64,000 nucleotides of DNA. Source: Takakia lepidozioides (Eukaryota > Plantae > Bryophyta). The position numbers and the translations under genes are program-made. Under the pieces are notes generated by a model, which saw nothing but the letters and a program-made list of their open reading frames with translations, did not search any database and was not told where the DNA came from. Positions 26,241 to 38,325 of this stretch are shown here, piece by piece; position 1 is the stretch's first letter; the number at the start of each line of letters is the position of its first letter. Where the stretch lies: the NCBI GenBank assembly GCA_030704615.1, contig CM060733.1:68014001-68078000 (forward strand). The letters are read 5' to 3'.

Positions 26241-27834
26241 ATTTCATCAGCGCTCGAATTACCTGCAGGAGGTAATCAGCGCTTCGAATATACATGGACG
26301 AATGGAAATTCGGCGCCGAATATCAAAATGCCAGCGATCCGACTTACCTGCTGGATGGAAATTCGGCGCCGGATTTCCCTCCATCCGGGAGTCGGAATAC
26401 GGCAGGATGGAAATTCGGCGCCGATTTTTCCTCCATCCGGGATTCGAATTACATGCTGGATGGAAATCGGCGCCGGATTTCCATCCATCGGGATTCGAAT
26501 TACTTGTAGGATGGAAAATTCGGCGCCGGATCCCATCCATCCGCTTCCGCCAACCTTGCGGATGGAAATCCGGCCCCGGATTTCCATCCAGCCCCTCCGA
26601 AATTACCTGCGAGGGAAATTCTTTTTTTTTTGTTTTTTTTGCGCGCCGCCCTACCTGCGCGGACGGATCCGGCGCCGGATTTCGATCCATCCGCTTCGAA
26701 TTACTGGTGAGGGAAATTGGCGCGCCGCCCTACCTGGCGCGGATGGAAATCCGGTCGGATTTCCATCCATCCGCTTCTGAATTACCTGCGTGAGGGAAAT
26801 TTCGCGCGCCGCCCTACCTTGCTGGATGGAAATCGGCGGAATTGCCATCCTGTCTGGCGCTCCGAATTACTGCAGGATGGAAATCCGGCGCCGGAATTTC
26901 CATCGTGCGCGCTCCGAATTACCTATACGTTGGAAATTCCGGGCCTCTTTCCGTCGATTTTCATTCCGACATGGAGGGCGTCATCCGACATTTTAATGGC
27001 ATGGCGGGCTTTTTTTTTTTTTTATTTTTTTACCGCAGTGGGCAATAAATGTCCACCGCCGTCGGTTTTCATTCGGGCTGGCGACACCTGGCTTCCTGGA
27101 TACGTACCTAAATATCATGCTAATCTTGGCTTAACATGCTATTCGAGGCATGTACCCCAAAAAACGGAGATTTTTTTCCATTTTGGCTGGGACTATGCCG
27201 CCTGAAGGGCGTGGCTCTCCTGAGAGAGACTCAAATCCAGACCGCGGCGGAAGTGGAAGTTGAAAGCTCTGTACTACGGACTACGGGACAATCTCTCGCA
27301 TGGCCAAACTGAAGCTCCAGCAGGAGATTCCAGTGTCTTGCTCACAACCCGCGCCAACTGAAGCCGAGTACTCTCAGGCAAACACATCTGCTTTCGCTTT
27401 GTTCGATTTTTTTTTTGCTTTCGCTTTGTTGCTCGCTTTGTTTTTGCATCTTCATCCTGGCTTCGCTGGATGAGTGAACTTTAGATAGTTGAGTAACCTT
27501 AGATGTTTGGCATGCGTGTGCAAATCCGGCAGTCTGGAGAAGGCTGCTTGGCATGTCATTCTCAGGCACAATGGTTGCATTGTTTTTCATTGTTGTTTCA
27601 TGGCTCTCCATACTTCCAACTTGTTATGTTTTCATTTTTGTTACACGATTGTTGCATGGTGTTGCGTTGCTGGTTTTGCCACCAATGTTGGTTTTCCCGA
27701 TTTTTGGGAAAATGACAGAGTGACGACGAGCCCGGCACGCTGGTGGTATCATCGACAGCTCCCAAGTCATCGCATGTTTGAATCGCCCAATTGGGGCGAG
27801 AGGGCAAACTTAAACCTTTTGTTGGTGGACGGAT

Positions 27835-30800
27835 GACTTGCAACGAGGAGTTACGCAGAATAGGCTTGGGGAGGTTGTGGCATGCAGAGCAGGGCAGGTG
27901 AAGGGCGTGAGGACATGAGGACAACAGATCGGCAAGGGAGGTTGTTCATGCACATGAAGTAGGGCCGCCCACGCAAAGAAAAAGAAGAAAGCTAAGCACC
28001 TGCATCCCAGGCGAGAGAGCCGTCACGGGCTGCAGAGGGGGAAGTGAGCAGTGCGGCGCGAGGGTGTCAGTTCGCCTCAATCAAAGTGGTCGTCCTGGAG
28101 GGCTCCCCTGCTGCTAGCCCTAGTAAGAAACAGAAAGCCCGTGGAGAGGGCCAAAGAGAGGCAAAGAATAGACGAGACAGAAATGCTAGCCAGGAGGAAA
28201 GAGAAAGGCCATTGAAGAGGCCAGGGGTGCCCAAATGACAGTGCCAATGTAAGCGAGGGACGCACAGAGAGAGACGGTGGGATCCCTCCAAGACACCACA
28301 GAGAGGCAGTAACACACCGGTTAGCCATCGCGGGCAAGAGCAGCCCCTGCAATTACCCATACGGTGGAGAGGGAGGAGAGGAAAGAACACCAGAAAGAGC
28401 ACGGATTGTGCAAGTTCGAGGTGAAGCCAGGGAGAGGGCAGTAGAGACTGGGAGAGTGCTGGAGGTGGTTTCGCAGGTGGCTAACCATGGTTGAGGAGGA
28501 CGACAGGGAGCTTTCTAACCAGGATGACATCCTCCCGGACATCCCCAGGCCCAAACCGGAGCATACAGGCTGGATTTGGCGGTCCTGGTGGGCTGCCGGA
28601 AAACCCCTCTGCAGCAGACGTCATGTCTGAGGCGGATATGAAGTTGGCCGCTACCAAGATGTTGGAGGCAACCCACAGCAACATTGGCAGGGTGCTGGGG
28701 GGCATGGTGTACCCGGCCAAGCTTCGAATTCCCTTTGCCGCTTGGGTGTCATTGCAGGTGGTGAGACCTGCCCTCCCAGGCGATATCGACAAGCTGAAAT
28801 GAAATTCTCTTTCCGGGATGGATATCGAATGGGGTCTGCCGCGTTTTACGTTTCCATTGAGACGACCACGGAGCTTCCCGTGCCCACACTTCCGATGAGG
28901 TGGACAAATGGGGTCCCCATTGGCAAACGCGAAATGAGGAGTTCGAGAGATCGATTGCTAGTGATCCTCTTTTCCAGCACTTGTCTGGTAAGATGTTCTA
29001 CGGTGTGGGACGGCAATCATCGCCTCCTGGCATGGATGGAGCAAATTGCCAAGCCCACCCCAACGACCTCGATTGGCATTTCGCCGTGGATTGTGTTGTG
29101 CTGAAGGTTGCGGGGCCCAAAGATCGCAGTCTTCTCAAAGCTGCAATGGCCGACATCAACTCGTAAGTTACAACACCTCTCGCTTTTGGACTTTGAATTT
29201 GGAAGTCATTTCATTGCAAATCCTCATATATGATGAAAATCCCATTTCAGTATTGTTTGATGGAAATGTGGCACTGCAGGGTGACTGAGAATGCCTTCAT
29301 TGCCACCAACTTGTCCCATATGCTCTTCCGAGTGAAGGATGTCGGGAAGCAGGGGGTGCAAGAGTTTGCCAATTCCCTCAGTGCCGACCTCCTGCGCAAG
29401 TCGGAGGCAAAGGCAGACAGAACCTGGTATAGGCTGAGCGTCGACGCCATGGTGGACTACATATTTCGGGTAAAGCTCCTGACAGTTTGTTGAGCTAATC
29501 TGTCTCTCCTCCCCCAAAGAAGAAAGGTCTTCACCGTGATTTCTAATCTACTCCCCCAAAGAAGAAGTGGTGAGCAGGATCTCTAATCTTATGTGCGCAT
29601 TCTGACAGACGAAAATACAGCAGGATTTGGCACATGCGCGGAGGTTCTACATGGAGTCAGAGGAGAAGAATCAACCCTCCCGGAACTCGAATCGTATGTC
29701 AAAGCTGCGGAGGTGAGGGCCCGCATAAAGTACAAGTCGCAGATGGTAAAGTACGTGGCCATAGCTGATCCCGCCCTTGGTGCCGACTTCTGGTGGAGGT
29801 GGGGAGGGAAGCACTACCTCCGCTCTGAAGCCCACGATGACATTGGAGAAGCTCCATCGTCTAGCCACATCCTGTGTGGATGCAACAGAAAAGGTGATAC
29901 ATTCTTAACAAATTGTGGTGGCAACAACTCATTTTTGTGGTGTTGGCGCTTACGAATATGCTGGGTGGTTGGACAGACCCGGTTGGCTCCAAATCTGGAA
30001 TGGTTCCCAAAGTACAGGGACATGTGGAGCTTCCCCAAACCGGACAACTCTTCTGACCCCACATTCAACATGTGGATGAACCGCATGACATGGTGGTTTC
30101 AGGTACTTCCCCACGCTTCGTTTGGGGCTTCTACTCTAGTAGGGGTGGATTCATTGTATTTTTTCAGGAAAGCGATCTGATGGAGAATCTCCACAGGTGA
30201 CGATGAATGCGCAAGAGCAGCTGGACACACAAGCACATCAGTTCAAGATGGAGATTCTCCTGCAGCAGAGAGCCTACGCGACTATGTGACGAGGTACTTT
30301 CTGCTCTACAAAACAACCTATTCTTTCGGGAGATAGCACATGCTCGCCGGAGCCACGAGTTCACCGACCAGCCGAACGCGGACAAAGCAGCAATGCGCCT
30401 TCTGTACAAGTACATACGCGCTGCCTTCTTTCAAGTCCTTGCATTTCAGGATGTTGCTCATGTTGTTAGGCAAATGGCGCCGAATTTCCAGTCAGGGCTC
30501 CGAAAATGGCTAAGTCCCTTGACTGGCTGGCCCTGAACTGGAAATTCGGCGCCATTTTCCAGGTCTAGGCCCATTATCAGGACTTGGCCATTTTCGGGCT
30601 AATCCCTAGACTGGCTGACCCGGGGAACTGGAAATTCGGCGCCATTTCCAGTTCCAGGCCCTATTGCCGTTCAGGGACTTGGCCATTTTCGGGCTAAGTC
30701 CCTAGGTGGCTGGCCCTGAACTGGAATTCGGCGCCATTTTCCAGTTCAGGCCCTATTGCCTCAGGACTTCGCCATTTTCAGGCTAAGTCCCTAGCCTGGC

Positions 30801-33800
30801 TGGCCCTAAACGGAACTTCGGCGCCATTTTCCAGTTCAAGGCCCTATTGCCGTTCAGGACTTCGCCATTTTCGGGCTAAAGACTGGCTGGCCCTGACTGG
30901 AAATTCGGCCGCCATTTTCCAGTTCTAGGCCTATTGCCGTCAGGGGACTTAGCATTTTCGGGCTAAGTCCCTAGGGTGGCTGGCCCTGAACTGAAAAATC
31001 GGCGCCATTTTCCAGTTCTGGGCCTATTGCCGTTCAGGGACTTAGCCATTTTAGGGGCCTAGACTCGGGCCCCGAAAAATGGCGCCATTTTCCATCTAGG
31101 CCCTATTGACGTTCCGACTTAATTTTCGGGCTAAGTCCCTAGGGTGGCTGGCCCGGAACTGGAAATTCGGCGCCATTTTCCAGTCTAGGATTCGTTCAGG
31201 GACAGCCATTTTCTAAGTCCCATGGCTGGCCTGAACTATGCGGCCATTTCTCAAGGTTGCCGTTCTGGGACTTAGCCATCTTCGGGCCAAACCGGGAAAA
31301 ATGGCGCCGAATTTCCAGTTCAAGGCTCCCAAGATGGCTAAGTCCCTAGGGTGGCAGTCACCGAAAACCGAAATTCGGCGCCATTTTTCCATTTCTAGGC
31401 CCACTCACATCCGCCCCAACCTGGGAAAATGGTGCCGAATATGCATTTCAGGGACCTCATTGTGTTTTTCATGAATGCAGGTACTGCAAGTTCTCCCTTT
31501 TGGAGAAAGATCATCTGTCTTTCAAGCCACCATTCTTCCTGGCATGGAGGAACCCTGGGGCTGACTCCATGTACACTGACGATATTGTGAAGGAGTGGAG
31601 TGGCATCTGGAACATTTGCGTGATTGCCCTTGGTATGTGGACCTTCCGCCCGGCTCGCTCGACCCATCCGAGTTTCAATGAAGCTGGATGCTGAATTCCG
31701 ACGAAACCGGGCTCCGCTGCCTCCGTTGGGTGCAAAAGAGGAAAAGCGCTTGCGAACTCAGGAAAGCGGCAGAGCTTGCTCAGGCAGGAATTCAGGAGAA
31801 ATTGCATGAGAAGAGTAAAGGCCAAAGGAAAAGGACAAGGAAATAGGTGAGTGCAGTAACACCCAAAAGAAGAAAACCATCGGGGCATCGGAGGAGGCGC
31901 AGGAGGGGACCCAGAGAGTGACTCGGACGACGACTTTGTTCAAGGTACTGCGACTGCTGTTGCTCCTACCCAGTCACCGGTCGTCCGGGTCCCAAGTCAG
32001 TTCGGAGTGGGACTGGCTCTGCCAAGAAGTTGGCATTTGAGGGCGAGCCTACACGGCGGTATTCGGCGGTGACGTTACGCACAAGCCAAAGCTAGAACCT
32101 CCAACCATCATCAAATGCGTCAATGAGAGCTTCTGACGCTCTCGCTGCCAGGGCGAAGAAGGTGGCACACAGCAAGTCTTGGCGGAGCAGAAGGGGAAAG
32201 CCAAGAGAGGGCTGCCGGTACAGAGCCTAAAGACACCCCTGTTTTGAAGCCATGATGGAATTCTTCACGCTTGTGAGCACAAATGCAAGAGCACTCGGGG
32301 GGGGGGGGGGTTGAGGTGGAGAGAGCTTGCGACATGATTCTCCTCGACATTCCAGATGGGGAGCTGCTGGAGGGCATGGATGGTGTGCCCACCTGGAACA
32401 GGTTTACTGAGGACTACTGAAAGCCTTGTTTTGGGCTGGCGGGGATGCTTCTGGATGACGGTGGATGTGTGGTTGTCCTTGCCACGAGAGGGAAGACCAC
32501 AGAGAAGCGGTGGCAAGGTGGACACCGAAAAGTGTCACCCCGGTCCTCCTCAGAAAATGGTTCTGCATCAGTACACAGGGGGTGCGAACAGAGGCCAAAG
32601 TGTAAGTTATCAATCTATTGCATTCACTTCATATGTGTGTGGTGTATGTTAAGTAGACCCTGGAGTTGATCCTCTTTGTTGGATGTGCTGACATTGGTGT
32701 TTGAGGCATATTGCTTTGTGAAGAGAGGGTCTACGTTCAAATCCGCAACGACGGTCGTCTTGTTGATGCCGCTGTGGACCCGTAACCTACGATGTCCTCT
32801 ACAACTATGTGCCCCACTCCAGTATGCCGAAGGACACAAAGACAGGCAACCGTGGCGGTACAGCCGGACCCGGAGCCCTGCTTTCATCCAAACCCTCATG
32901 AGACGTGCTCGGATGTCCAAGGGCGGATTCTGGACCTCACATGCAGCACGGGTAAGCCTTCACGTGCTCAGTTTGTCCCCTGGCCCGATTGCAATTGCAT
33001 GCCGCAAGCTATAACCACCGCCCGCTTTGTTCCTCAGGTGCTTCAATGTGGGCAGGGACATTGTCCGACAGGCATGTTCGCCTCGAGCCAGATACTGCCC
33101 TCCCACACTCGGAACTTGCAGCGGCGGCTGAACGTCTGCCGAAAAAGAGGAAGAGGCATCCTCGGAGGATGAGGAAAATCCGAGAAGGAGCAGGGGGAGG
33201 AAGTTGGGATCGAGGCCGAGGAGCCCCGGTTTACGAGTGAGTGGTGGCATTGTAAGTTGCCTCCAGATTTCGTGAGGCACCTCCCTCCGCTCTCTTATTT
33301 CATTGAAAACCTTTCTGTTGTGCTGGTATTGACATTCTTGAAGTGGATTTGTTCTTACTGTAGGATGCCAAGTACGTCGGAGGGACGTCTACACGGAGTT
33401 CATGGGCAGGGGAACGTGCCTTTTTTTGCCAGGGGGGATTTCATGCCTAGTCCAGAAGGGAATACATCTTCCTACTTATGCTGCCCGGCTTGCTTCGGTT
33501 GTCCATTAGGAGGGTTTCGGAACCTAGTCGTGTACAGCAAATTTTAGACGAGGCAAGCCCAAGAAAATGAAGATGAGGGAGGAGGCAGCAGCTATTAGAG
33601 CCCGTCGGGCTCGTAGATTTGTCTTGGATTCTGCTGAGGAAAGGGGAGAAGAGCAGAAGATTCCCAGGAGGTGAGGTGGACAGTCCCCCAGGAGAGGACG
33701 GGATTTTTGAGAGGCATAGTGGAACTGATGCATCACAGAGCTCGGAGGCTGAGGGGGATGGAGGGGGATGAGGAAGAAGGTGGGGCAAGTTCCTCGGAGG

Positions 33801-33810
33801 GTGTAGGAGA
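27835..33810 (+). pseudogene. Frameshifted multi-exon ParB-like/DNA methyltransferase-like gene (second subfamily)
   Basis: 'WDGNHRLLAW' at about 29005-29035; 'VTENAFIATNLSHMLFRV'; 'YVAIADPALG'; 'CDMILLDIPDG' at about 32328-32360; 'WRYSRTRSPAFIQTLM' at about 32850-32900. GT-AG introns lie at positions matching the 38326-43532 gene. Start uncertain; many indels. Confidence 0.85.
30470..31440. repeat. Array A-type palindrome repeats inside an intron of the copy 2b gene
   Basis: Repeated GGAAATTCGGCGCCATTTTCC / GGCTAAGTCCC between coding exons. The array ends before the acceptor TGAATGCAG|GTAC near 31480. Confidence 0.85.
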
Positions 33811-34328
33811 GTAGGCCCATTCCGGCTATGACAGTTAGAACACACTTGTATAGACGTGGCTTGCCACAAATTTGCAATAAAATGTTGCATTTCAAGTCCC
33901 TAGTGCACATCATTCCAACTTCACATGACCCTATTTCCGTGCCTCCTAACCCTATTTCCGTGGACTCACAATGGTCTGCTCATGCTTTTTTTTTTTCCGC
34001 TCATGCTCATGCCGCTCATGAAATAGCAGCCCCCCAAACCAGAGTCAATAAAAGAGGAATGAAAAGTATCACCCTGGTATGTTTTTCATCCGTACGGATG
34101 GAAAACAAGATGTTGTTGGCAAACTTCCATAGAGGTAATTCTTTTCTTCCATGGTGACTAATCCGGTATGGATGAGAGTCAATAGAGGAGGAATGAAAAG
34201 GCCAAAAAGAACATCCTAGAGGTAATTCAGTGTCCATCCTGGGGCCAGTTGCTCATCCGGTATGGATGAAAAAGTGATAGCGATGAGAAACAAGAAGTCA
34301 ACACTCATAGAAACTGCCAATCTCCAGT

Positions 34329-35852
34329 GAGAGGAAGATATTACAATGTCATGTCGAGAACATGGACAAGACCGCTAAGGCATTTCATTGAAAGACAACA
34401 CAACCCTTTACAGGGCACCATCTTAACCTTCTCTTCATGTTTACCATTGCATTTGAATAACCAATTACATTCAGGGTCTCTGAACTGAAAAAACAGGAGG
34501 GAGGGGGATCCAGATCATTCATATCATGAAAGACCATAGTACACATAATCATCTCAGAATCCATTTTAAACTCATTTCAAAAACCAGATGAGGTTTGGTT
34601 TAAAATGATGTTTTAGAACCAAGATAAAGCAAGATTCTTAAAAGGAAGAAGAAACAACAGGGTAGAGCCCCCTAAGCGGTATAGGCCTAGATGGTATTTT
34701 AAGGCCTCATAAAATAGTTCTGCCAAGGTGAAAGAGCAGCTCAGAAACCCCTTGTTGTTATCAAGCCATGAACCAAAAGATTATGAGGGCTTGAAGAATG
34801 TGTGTTATCATCAAAGCCTATCATTGGATCCATCAGAGTCATACCGAGAGTTCTCATTCAGAGCCAAGTATCAAGGCAGTCAAAGTAGTATAACTGCTAT
34901 TTTTGTATCCTTGTATCCTTCATAGTAACTCTACACATGCAAATGTGTTGTAAAAAAACATAAACAGGGGTAAGGAGCGAAGCAGATCCTCATTGGAGCC
35001 CATCTTGAGCAGGTCTGAAGCGGCATCATGTGGCAGTTTGAAACAGCAGATGGCTCGTCAGCTTAGGCTACAGCAGTATCCACACTTGCAAGACATGAAC
35101 TGCAAGCTCAAGAAATCAAGACAAGTGAAGACCCCTCACTTGTGCCCGTCCAAAACCACCACCATAGCGGTGTTGTAGTGAGGATGCAGCAGGTAAATGG
35201 CAGGTCTCTTCACAGTTGCTATCCATGTCAGTGTTGAATTCTAAAGCAAGTACAGATCACATTCAAGCAATGGTAAACTCAAAAACCTTGAGTGTTTGTG
35301 GTATGCCCTGCGCCATGGCGTTTCCAACAGATCGTCTCCAACAGAACGCAACAGAGTAGAAGCGTTCACAGATAAGAATGGCTCATACACAAAGAGAGAG
35401 CAACAGTAATCTGTAGATAAATAGGGAGTAGTACTTCCAACAAGGAGGAAAAGCGCCGCTGCAAAATAAAGGAACCATGAGTTCCTGATAGAGCAATCAC
35501 GGCTTTGTCGTCTGCCATAGAAGATTTGTTTAACCCCCAATGCGCATCCCAAGAGCCACAATCACGAGTCCCATGAGCAGCAGGGGAGCAGGTTATACGG
35601 CGCATCATCAAGGTTCACTGAAGCAGAGTTCAGTGCTGTGAAGTGTGTCGGCCGCTAGGCAAAAAACTTCCCGATTTTTCATCCAGGATGGATGAATATC
35701 ACATTTTACAAGAGAGAGGGCATTTTGTCACTGGATGACATCCTAGAAATGTATTTTTAGGGTTATGGTATATAGCTTAGGTTTAATTAACTGCCATCAT
35801 GTATGATGGTCTAGTTTAGTATTCTCTGGGCTTATAATAGGAACCATTATTT
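34329..35852. repeat. Long direct repeat, copy 1 (left part; continues at 50573-50770 after the transposon insertion)
   Basis: Colinear and highly similar to 54964-56514. Confidence 0.9.
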
Positions 35853-36029
35853 GGGGGCTGCTATTTCATGAGCCATGAGCCATGAGCGGCATGAGCCATG
35901 AGCAGAGTCGTAAGTGTGGAAAAAAACATGAGCAGCACTATTTTCCGGAAATGAGTGTCCGCGGAATAGGGTTTAGGGTGCCACGGTCATAGGGGAGAAG
36001 GACCTCCCGATGAAGGAGGTTCGGCAATG

Positions 36030-37290
36030 TTATTTAGAATTATATATTGAAAGGCAATGTTTCGCGAATGGTAGGGTGGTACTGCTCTGTACAATGGGGG
36101 CCCATTTCAGCCTACCAGCCATTTGCAAAATCCACCCACACTCCCAATCCCAAACGAAATGAGCAATGACGCATTCTCGGAACGATGGACACAGAATAGA
36201 ATAAAAAGAGGGCACAATGAGGTTTTTATTGATCCACATGAATTGCATTTGAAGCACGTCTACTGTGCTGATTGTGCCATCAAATCTTGAGCCCTGTGCC
36301 TACTGAATACAAGTCACGTTGTCAATGGGACTTCGACTGCTCTCAGAACTAGCTCATGAGTCATGGGGCTCCTCCATGTAAAGTCGATTGCAGCCGTTGT
36401 ACCGCCCCTAGTGATGTTCACCACAATGTCCTGCCCTTCAATCATACCACCATCGAATATGGAAATCTTCACGTTTTCGTCGTCCACACCAATGCGAATG
36501 TCCCCATACAATGGAGAAGAGGAGCGCACTCCTCGAGGAGAATAGGTCTCTCCGATGGAGTCCACCCACGTCCAGTGGCAGCAGTTCCACCGCAACAGCA
36601 TAGCAGTGCGCCTTCTTCTGCATGGGTGACCCGTCGTAGCTGGGAAAATCGGAATCGAGGATGCGCAGGAGCCACGGACTCCTCAGACCAAGATCGTCAC
36701 CCCGCTCGAAGGCGTAGTGGCCTACGATATACTCAAAAGCCACCAATGTTTCCACAATCGAACCAGTATCTTCTGTGTAATCTGTGTACCAGATAACAAT
36801 GTCTCCCGATGTGGCCGAATACATTGCATAATCGATGCCTCCAAAGGGGCAGTCGTCCCGGTTCCGGAAGCACGGCATCCTTGCAAAGGAGGACCTGAGG
36901 ACGACTTGGATGCCGATGACCTTGCGGACAGCTACGAAGCCCTTAGATTTTGGAAAAGATACGAAGCGGAAGAGCAGTCCGGCCTCCAAAATGGAGCATC
37001 TGGGTCACACGTACCCACCGACGGAGGTGGAACGTGTTCATCACGCCAGCGGTGGATGAACCATACATCTTTCTCATCAACAAGTTATAGTTTGAGATCT
37101 GCCACCGAAGTCCATCCCCCCGGATGGAAATTCGGCGCCGCATTTACATCGAAGAGGGGATGGACTTCGTCGTGTCCAGTGGCTATCGGCCCACCTGGCA
37201 GTGAGCTGAGTGCCCATAGTTTGCATGGCAGGGTAGGAAACTGAAACGGCTACATTCATGCAGCAGCCAATCTTCATCGGTCCAGGATCC
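36030..37290 (-). CDS. Putative third, probably multi-exon or frameshifted gene of unknown function in copy 3
   Basis: Stacked minus ORFs 37077-37277, 36438-36989, 36314-36601 and 36030-36257. Pieces are conserved in copy 0 ('MKIG..MN.AVSVS..AM.TM' after a matching TTTCCCCC..TACAG acceptor; 'SFARM.C.RN'). Confidence 0.45.
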
Positions 37291-37494
37291 TGTACGGGGG
37301 AAATTTAAATGTGCCCTGGAGTGTGCCCTGGAATGTACCTCACTTCTGTATGACTGTGTTTCATTGTGTTGAATAACTCTCGGAATTGGCCCACTGTTTA
37401 CAATTTGATGTCTCATTTCTACAATGTGTCTGTCGGTTGAATAAAGCAGAGTAACCGGTATGTGAGTCATGTGTCAAGAATATACCAGAGTAAC

Positions 37495-38140
37495 GCCATG
37501 TCGGACATTGAAATGCGGCACCGCATTTCCATGTCGGGATCGAAATGCGGCGCCGCATTTCCATGTCGGGATCGAAATGCGGCACAGCATTTCCATGTCG
37601 GACATCGAATGTGCGGCACCGCATTTCCATGTCGGACATCGAAATTCGGCACCGCATTTCCATGTCGGACATCGAAATGCGGCACCGCATTTCCATGTGG
37701 GACAAGAAAATGCGGTGCATCATTCCGTCCAGGTACACGAAATACCAACACGGGTCTATAAATTGATCAGAAAACGAGGTTGGCATTGCAAATGCGGCGA
37801 CGCATTTCCAGCTTGGCAATGGAAACTTCTTTTTGGACAAGGGAATGCGGTGCCGCATTTCCGTCCAACACTTCGACAAGTGCACCTATTCCGACCAGCG
37901 CGATGGAATGCGTTACCGCATTTCCGAGAGAGGGTCTGCAAATGGACAATTGCGATGTCCGGTCTGGAAAGCGGCGCCGCATTTCCATGTCCGTCATCGA
38001 CTTTTTTTTTACAATGGAGCGGGCCAATTTTGGAAATGCGGCACCGCATTCCCAATTCAGATTACTTTTTACTATGCCAACATTGAAATGGAAAAATTAG
38101 TCCCTCCCCTGTTTTGGAAATGCGGTGCCGCATTTCCAAA
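37495..38140. repeat. Palindrome array (GAAATGCGGCRCCGCATTTCC), 32-34 bp period in its core
   Basis: Cores at 37517, 37549, 37581, 37615, 37648, 37681, then dispersed copies to about 38137. Confidence 0.9.
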
Positions 38141-38325
38141 AGAGGTTCTTAGAGTTGCCAAAATTTTGGAAATGCCCTGACCCATTTCTGATTTTGGGAG
38201 CGTCCTGGTTTGGGCGATTGTGTGGCTGGAATGCACACTGGAGAGGGGTCACGAATGTCGGGCAGAATTTTCTTTATATACTCTGGAAGAGAATTTACAT
38301 TTACAGAGACTTCATTAAAATTCTA

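Larger units (their letters stand above)
26241..34034. mobile_element. Copy 2b: right (A-end) half of a longer element of the copy 1/2a subfamily
   Basis: Array B-type repeats at 26241-26950, a ParB-MTase gene remnant, and terminus CTCATGAAATAGCAGCCCCC ending at 34034. 33230-34034 is the reverse complement of about 12182-13010. Confidence 0.88.

Noticed and set aside
25465-26295. ORFs spanning the N run
   Set aside because: Gap artefacts.
19999-34034. One single 14-kb element from the B end at 19999 to the A end at 34034
   Set aside because: Flanks differ (CACTAT vs CAAACC), a gap intervenes, and A-end-proximal sequence occurs twice (25460-25680 and 33230 onward), so two copies are more likely.
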